Positions 37,429-39,378 of a stretch of 39,378 nt of DNA are shown here, in pieces. The notes below the pieces were generated by a model. The model saw only the letters and a list, made by a program, of their open reading frames with translations. It searched no databases and was not told where the DNA came from. Position 1 is the first letter of the stretch, and every line of letters starts with the position of its first letter. Both the position numbers and the translations under genes were made by a program. The stretch comes from a virus. The DNA lies in IMG/VR virus record IMGVR_UViG_3300043331_001419, positions 1-39,378 of that record; one strand, 5' to 3'.

Positions 37429-37955
37429 GCCGCCCGCCGCCGCCGGAGCGTGCGCCGCGCGATGCGTGCGAGGTCGGCCGCGAGGTCGGCGAGGATGCGC
37501 GCTACAGGATCAGCCGGAGCGGGATGCCGTCGGGGGTTGGCGCGCGACACTCGCGCAGCTCGCGCTGGAACTGCTCCAGGTCGGCGTCGGCCTCGACCTG
37601 GATCCGCGTGATGTACGCCGTCACAGGGATCCCCGTCTCGGTGTGCCCCTCCCACGTTCGCGCCTCGACGCCGTTGAGCGTCACGATCTTCGTCGTGCTC
37701 TCCAGCCGAACGATCATCGGTTGCCTCCTCGGGTCTGTGCCTCTTGATCCCGTTGCGGTCCAGCCCGTACGGGTCGCGCCGCACCGCTTCCCGCGCCAGC
37801 GCCTCGCGCATGACGTCGCGCGGCACGCCGTGCTCGTACAGAGCGTGCGACTCCGCGGCGACGATCGTGTCGAACACGAGCCCGCAGCGCACGTAGCGCT
37901 CGCGCGCCTCGATCGCGGCGACGGCCGCGGCGGCGCGTGCCTTCGTCGACGCCAT
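37425..37955 (-). CDS. Hypothetical protein; 176-codon ORF whose middle overlaps the 71-aa gene
   Basis: ATG 37955 overlaps the upstream TGA by 1 nt. The N-terminal ~70 codons (MASTKARAAAAVAAIEARERYVRCGLVFDTIVAAESHALYEHGVPRDVMREALAREAVRRDPYGL) and the last ~25 codons (ARILADLAADLARIARRTLRRRRAA) have coding-like third positions. There is no stop until TGA 37427-37425, which is in a GTGA overlap with the next gene. Confidence 0.5.
   Translation of the reverse strand: MASTKARAAAAVAAIEARERYVRCGLVFDTIVAAESHALYEHGVPRDVMREALAREAVRRDPYGLDRNGIKRHRPEEATDDRSAGEHDEDRDAQRRRGANVGGAHRDGDPCDGVHHADPGRGRRRPGAVPARAARVSRANPRRHPAPADPVARILADLAADLARIARRTLRRRRAA
37502..37717 (-). CDS. Hypothetical protein (71 aa), nested inside a longer ORF in another frame
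   Basis: ATG 37717 follows GAGGAGG. Third positions are nearly all G/C. Sequence: MIVRLESTTKIVTLNGVEARTWEGHTETGIPVTAYITRIQVEADADLEQFQRELRECR... Confidence 0.7.
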   Translation of the reverse strand: MIVRLESTTKIVTLNGVEARTWEGHTETGIPVTAYITRIQVEADADLEQFQRELRECRAPTPDGIPLRLIL

Positions 37956-38350
37956 CACGCCGCCTCGCTCACCGCCGGCAACTCCCCCTGCCGCTCCTCC
38001 GGCCGGAGCGTCCGCGGCGTCCCGACCACCTCGTCCGTGTCCAGGCGCCGTACGCGCTCGACGCCGGCGGCGTAGTCGCGCTCGATCACGCACGCCACGT
38101 CGCGCTCCTCGGTGCCGCGCCGGTAGCGGCCGGCGAGATCCGCCTGGGCGGCGACGAGATCCGCAAGCCGCCCCTTCGCCTGCTCGCGCCGGATCTTCTC
38201 CGCCGCCTCCTCGGCCTGGACGGCGGCGAGCGCGGTCACGAGCGCGTCGCCGACGGCGTGCAGCTCCTCGAGCGTGAGCCTGACCGGCAGCGCCCGCGTG
38301 TCCTCGCGCACGCGCTCCCAGCGCTCGGGCTGGCCGTTCGTCTCTGGCAT
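37955..38350 (-). CDS. Hypothetical coiled-coil protein (131 aa)
   Basis: ORF track full length. Sequence: MPETNGQPERWERVREDTRALPVRLTLEELHAVGDALVTALAAVQAEEAAEKIRREQAKGRLADL... Confidence 0.7.
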   Translation of the reverse strand: MPETNGQPERWERVREDTRALPVRLTLEELHAVGDALVTALAAVQAEEAAEKIRREQAKGRLADLVAAQADLAGRYRRGTEERDVACVIERDYAAGVERVRRLDTDEVVGTPRTLRPEERQGELPAVSEAA

Positions 38351-38351
38351 G

Positions 38352-38711
38352 TCACGCCGCTCCTTTCTCGTCGTCGACCGTCAACGTCGTCTGCCCGGTG
38401 TCCGTCCACCGCACCACGGGCCGCTCGCGATAGGGCCGCAGCGCCGCTTCGCACGCGCGGCACTGCCCGCCGACCGCCTGCACCGCCGCGAGGGTCACTG
38501 CGCACGCCTGGCACGCGACGAGCTTGAGCGTCCAGAATCGGATCGACCCGTCGGGCGCGGCCGCGCGCGCCCGCTCGCGCGAGGCGTAGCGCACGGCCTC
38601 GTCGAGCGCGGTCGACCAGATCCCGCCGGCGCCCACGGCCGGGGCCGGCGTCGCGTAGAAGAGCCACGCCCCCACGCCCGCGGCGCGGTGGCCGAGGACG
38701 AAGGCGGTCAT
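38352..38711 (-). CDS. Hypothetical protein with two CxxC motifs (119 aa)
   Basis: ATG 38711 is in an ATGA overlap. Sequence: MTAFVLGHRAAGVGAWLFYATPAP...VACQACAVTLAAVQAVGGQCRACEAA... Confidence 0.6.
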   Translation of the reverse strand: MTAFVLGHRAAGVGAWLFYATPAPAVGAGGIWSTALDEAVRYASRERARAAAPDGSIRFWTLKLVACQACAVTLAAVQAVGGQCRACEAALRPYRERPVVRWTDTGQTTLTVDDEKGAA

Positions 38712-38932
38712 CGCGCGCGCCCGTTCCCCGTGTGCAGCGGGACGACGCGCGGCGAATTCGTGAAGAACACGCCGCCCGTCGCGAGGTACTGCGCGCACGC
38801 CATACAGAGCGGCGTGGCCCCGTACACCGCCCAGGTGCCGACGCGCTCGCAGCTCTCGCACGTCCGGAACGAGCCCATCGCGCGCGGGCCGTGCGTCGGA
38901 ACGTGGCGCGGCCAGGGGTCGTTGGGCGTCAC
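38708..38932 (-). CDS. Zinc-ribbon protein (74 aa)
   Basis: GTG 38932 is in a GTGA overlap. Sequence: ...FRTCESCERVGTWAVYGATPLCMACAQYLATGG... Confidence 0.55.
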   Translation of the reverse strand: MTPNDPWPRHVPTHGPRAMGSFRTCESCERVGTWAVYGATPLCMACAQYLATGGVFFTNSPRVVPLHTGNGRAR

Positions 38933-39276
38933 GCGCCGCGCTCCTCGAACAAGTCCGTTTGCCCCGGCGCTTGGCCGATCAGCCGATTGCGCTGCCCCTC
39001 CAGCGCCGTCAAGTGGTTCGCGATCGCCGTCATCTCGTCGGAGATGCGCGCGCACTCGTCGAGCGCCTCGTTGCGCCGCACGGTCCACGCCAGCAGTTCC
39101 TCGCCGTCCAGCGGCCGACGCGCGTGGCGCGCCCACAGCACGATCGTGTCGCGCCGCTTGGTCGCGGAGAGCAGTCGATCCCCCGCGGACCTCAACTGGC
39201 GCTCCACAGTCTCAATCGCCGATTCGATCGCAGCCAGGGCGTCGTCGGGGTCACGTCGCTTGCCACTCCGAGCCAT
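38929..39276 (-). CDS. Hypothetical protein (115 aa)
   Basis: ORF track. ATG 39276 lies 5 nt after GGAGG (rc of 39282-39286). Confidence 0.7.
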   Translation of the reverse strand: MARSGKRRDPDDALAAIESAIETVERQLRSAGDRLLSATKRRDTIVLWARHARRPLDGEELLAWTVRRNEALDECARISDEMTAIANHLTALEGQRNRLIGQAPGQTDLFEERGA

Positions 39277-39378
39277 CGGCGCCTCCGACCGCTCGTCGAA
39301 ACTCGTCCGCGACCCCGCGTCGACGCCGCTCGTGCGCGGCGCGCTCCGTGTCGCTGACCTCCGGCATCGGCGGCGCCG
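39251..39378 (-). CDS. 3-prime end of the junction-spanning replication-module gene (same gene as 1..773)
   Basis: Bases 39282-39378 duplicate 1-97. The frame continues GGC GCC GAT GGC TCG GAG TGG CAA GCG ACG TGA, ending at 39253-39251. Confidence 0.7.
   Translation of the reverse strand, partial: APPMPEVSDTERAAHERRRRGVADEFRRAVGGADGSEWQAT
39282..39378. repeat. Direct terminal repeat, copy 2 (identical to 1..97)
   Basis: See copy 1. Confidence 0.97.

Noticed and set aside
37495-37530. A programmed -1 frameshift extending the 71-aa protein into the ARILADLAADLARIARR tail.
   Set aside because: There is no X_XXY_YYZ slippery heptamer or obvious downstream structure near the TAG at 37502-37504. 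The nested-ORF or indel explanations are simpler.

Overview
The window is a complete, very GC-rich phage genome, most likely a temperate podovirus. Bases 1-97 repeat exactly at 39282-39378, so it closes into a circle of 39281 unique bp, and one minus-strand gene is only intact across that junction. About 70 genes are packed almost without gaps. Nearly all are on the minus strand, and 32 junctions (hand count) have 4-nt start/stop overlaps (ATGA/GTGA/TTGA).

Modules in minus-strand transcription order:
- **Early region:** a Cro-like gene at a divergent switch (5220-5486), then many tiny Cys-rich proteins, YqaJ-type exonuclease plus RecT, and a winged-helix replication protein. That replication gene contains a low-GC iteron cluster, a lambda-O-style ori candidate at 881-1010. 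A helicase-loader-like gene spans the junction, followed by RusA.
- **Integration module:** excisionase-type HTH, tyrosine integrase, and an attP candidate with four phased TGACCCC sites.
- **Packaging and morphogenesis:** small and large terminase, then a T7-ordered block of portal, scaffold, capsid, tail tubular A/B, three internal virion proteins and tail fibre. No RNA or DNA polymerase is present.
- **Terminal cluster:** membrane, lipoprotein and coiled-coil genes with no recognisable endolysin.

Only two gene blocks lie on the plus strand:
- A repressor-like operon at 5537-7109.
- A four-gene operon at 34456-35581 beside the integrase, with a near-consensus promoter. It encodes a Cys-rich protein, a very acidic 82-aa protein, an RHH regulator and a small membrane protein. 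This is my best candidate for an undescribed anti-defence, exclusion or TA-like system.

Other oddities:
- Six coupled genes sit between terminase and portal, including a CxxCxxCC (YkgJ-type) metal-binding protein.
- A GNAT acetyltransferase occupies the T7 gp13 position.
- A 71-codon gene is nested out of frame inside a 176-codon ORF.
- A zinc-ribbon ORF has strong coding signal but no start codon.

All functional calls come from motif recognition by eye; no searches were run.
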